Assembly (NCBI GenBank): GCA_030141605.1
Contig: JAQGDQ010001222.1
Span: 1-22,135 of the forward strand
DNA length: 22,135 nt
Direction of reading: 5' to 3'
Source of the DNA: Tubiluchus corallicola
Taxonomy: Eukaryota; Animalia; Priapulida
Each line of letters starts with the position of its first letter. The first letter of the stretch is position 1. The notes under the pieces are model-generated. The model saw nothing but the letters and a program-made list of their open reading frames with translations, made no database searches and had not been told where the DNA came from. Shown here one piece after another: positions 20,684 through 22,135 of this stretch. The position numbers were made by a program, and so were the translations under genes.

Positions 20684-22135
20684 TCCCCAATTTAAGGTAC
20701 CAACAAAAATGGTAGATACTCCTCCAAGCTCTCCCTCTTCCCCCAATTTAACGTACAAACAAAAATGGCACATACTCCTCCAAGCTCTCTCTCTTCCCCC
20801 AATGTAACGTACCAATAAAAATGGTAGATACTCCTCCAAGCTCTCCCTCTTCCCCCAATTTAACGTACCAATAAAAATGGCAGATACTCCTCCAAGCTCT
20901 CCCTCTTCCCCCAATTTAACGTACCAACAAAAATGGCACATACTCCTCCAAGCTCTCCCTCTTCCCCCAATTTAACGTACCAATAAAAATGGCAGATACT
21001 CCTCCAAGCTCTCCCTCTTCCCCCAATTTAACGTACCAATAAAAATGGCAGATACTCCTCCAAGCTCTCCCTCTTCCCCCAATTTAACGTACCAACAAAA
21101 ATGGCACATACTCCTCCAAGCTCTCCCTCTTCCCCCAATTTAACGTACCAATAAAAATGGCACATACTCCTCCAAGCTCTCCCTCTTCCCCCAATTTAAC
21201 GTACCAACAAAAATGGCAGATACTCCTCCAAGCTCTCCCTCTTCCCCCAATTTAACGTACTAATAAAAATGGCACATACTCCTCCAAGCTCTCCCTCTTC
21301 CCCCAATTTAACGTACCAATAAAAATGGCAGATATCCTCCAAGTCTCCCTCTTTCCCCAATTTAACGTACAAAAAAATGGCAGATAGTCCTCCAAGTCTC
21401 CCTCTTTCCCCAATTTAACGTAAATAAAAATGGCAATACTCCTCCAAGCTCTCCCTCTTCCCCCAATTTAACGTACCAATAAAAATGGCAGATATTCCTC
21501 CAAGCTCTCCCTCTTCCCCCAATTTAACGTACCAATAAAAATGGCAGATACTCCTCCAAGCTCTCCCTCTTCCCCCAATTTAACGTACCAATAAAAATGG
21601 CACATACTCCTCCAAGCTCTCCCTCTTTCCCCAATTTAACGTACCAATAAAAATGGCAGATACTCCTCCAAGCTCTCCCTCTTCCCCCAATTTAACGTAC
21701 CAATAAAAATGGCAGATACTCCTCCAAGCTCTCCCTCTTTCCCCAATTTAACGTACCAATAAAAATGGCAGATACTCCTCCAAGCTCTCCCTCTTCCCCC
21801 AATTTAACGTACCAATAAAAATGGCAGATACTCCTCCAAGCTCTCCCTCTTCCCCCAATTTAACGTACCAATAAAAATGGCACATACTCCTCCAAGCTCT
21901 CCCTCTTCCCCCAATTTAACGTACCAATAAAAATGGCAGATACTCCTCCAAGCTCTCCCTCTTTCCCCAATTTAACGTACCAACAAAACTGGCAGATACT
22001 CCTCCAAGCTCTCCCACTTCCCCCAATTTAACGTACCAATAAAAATGGCAGATACTCCTCCAAGTTCTCCTCCTTCCCCCAATTTAACGTACCAACAAAA
22101 ATGGCAGATACTCCTCCAAGCTCTCCCTCTTCCCC
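20684..22135. repeat. Minisatellite, ~26 x 56 bp, running off the window end
   Basis: Unit CCCCCAATTTAACGTACCAATAAAAATGGCAGATACTCCTCCAAGCTCTCCCTCTT. Confidence 0.97.

Noticed and set aside
20675-20941. Repetitive ORF in the 56-bp array
   Set aside because: Translation of a minisatellite whose period is not a multiple of 3.

Overview
This is eukaryotic (animal-like) genomic DNA, not prokaryotic. The minus strand carries six phase-consistent internal exons of an ATR kinase gene (FAT region; 20501->11070), so by inference the whole window lies inside ATR. The intron downstream of the last visible exon (positions <11070) holds two things. The first is a 3'-truncated, decaying Ty3/Gypsy LTR retrotransposon (5' LTR 1-404, tRNA-Leu-type PBS, gag, PR-RT-RH-IN pol with one nonsense and one frameshift lesion). 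Fused directly to it is a ~4.3 kb foldback-type element. Its long inverted arms are built from 44-bp tandem repeats and enclose no transposase. Instead they enclose a complete-looking BTB-BACK-(MATH-like) gene cassette with two frameshifts, partial duplicates of that gene, and a 19x35-bp hairpin array. The other introns contain two copies of a piggyBac-type MITE, a hAT MITE, a ~945-bp compound triplet microsatellite and several minisatellites that abut ATR splice sites. All homology calls come from motif recognition by eye; no searches were run.
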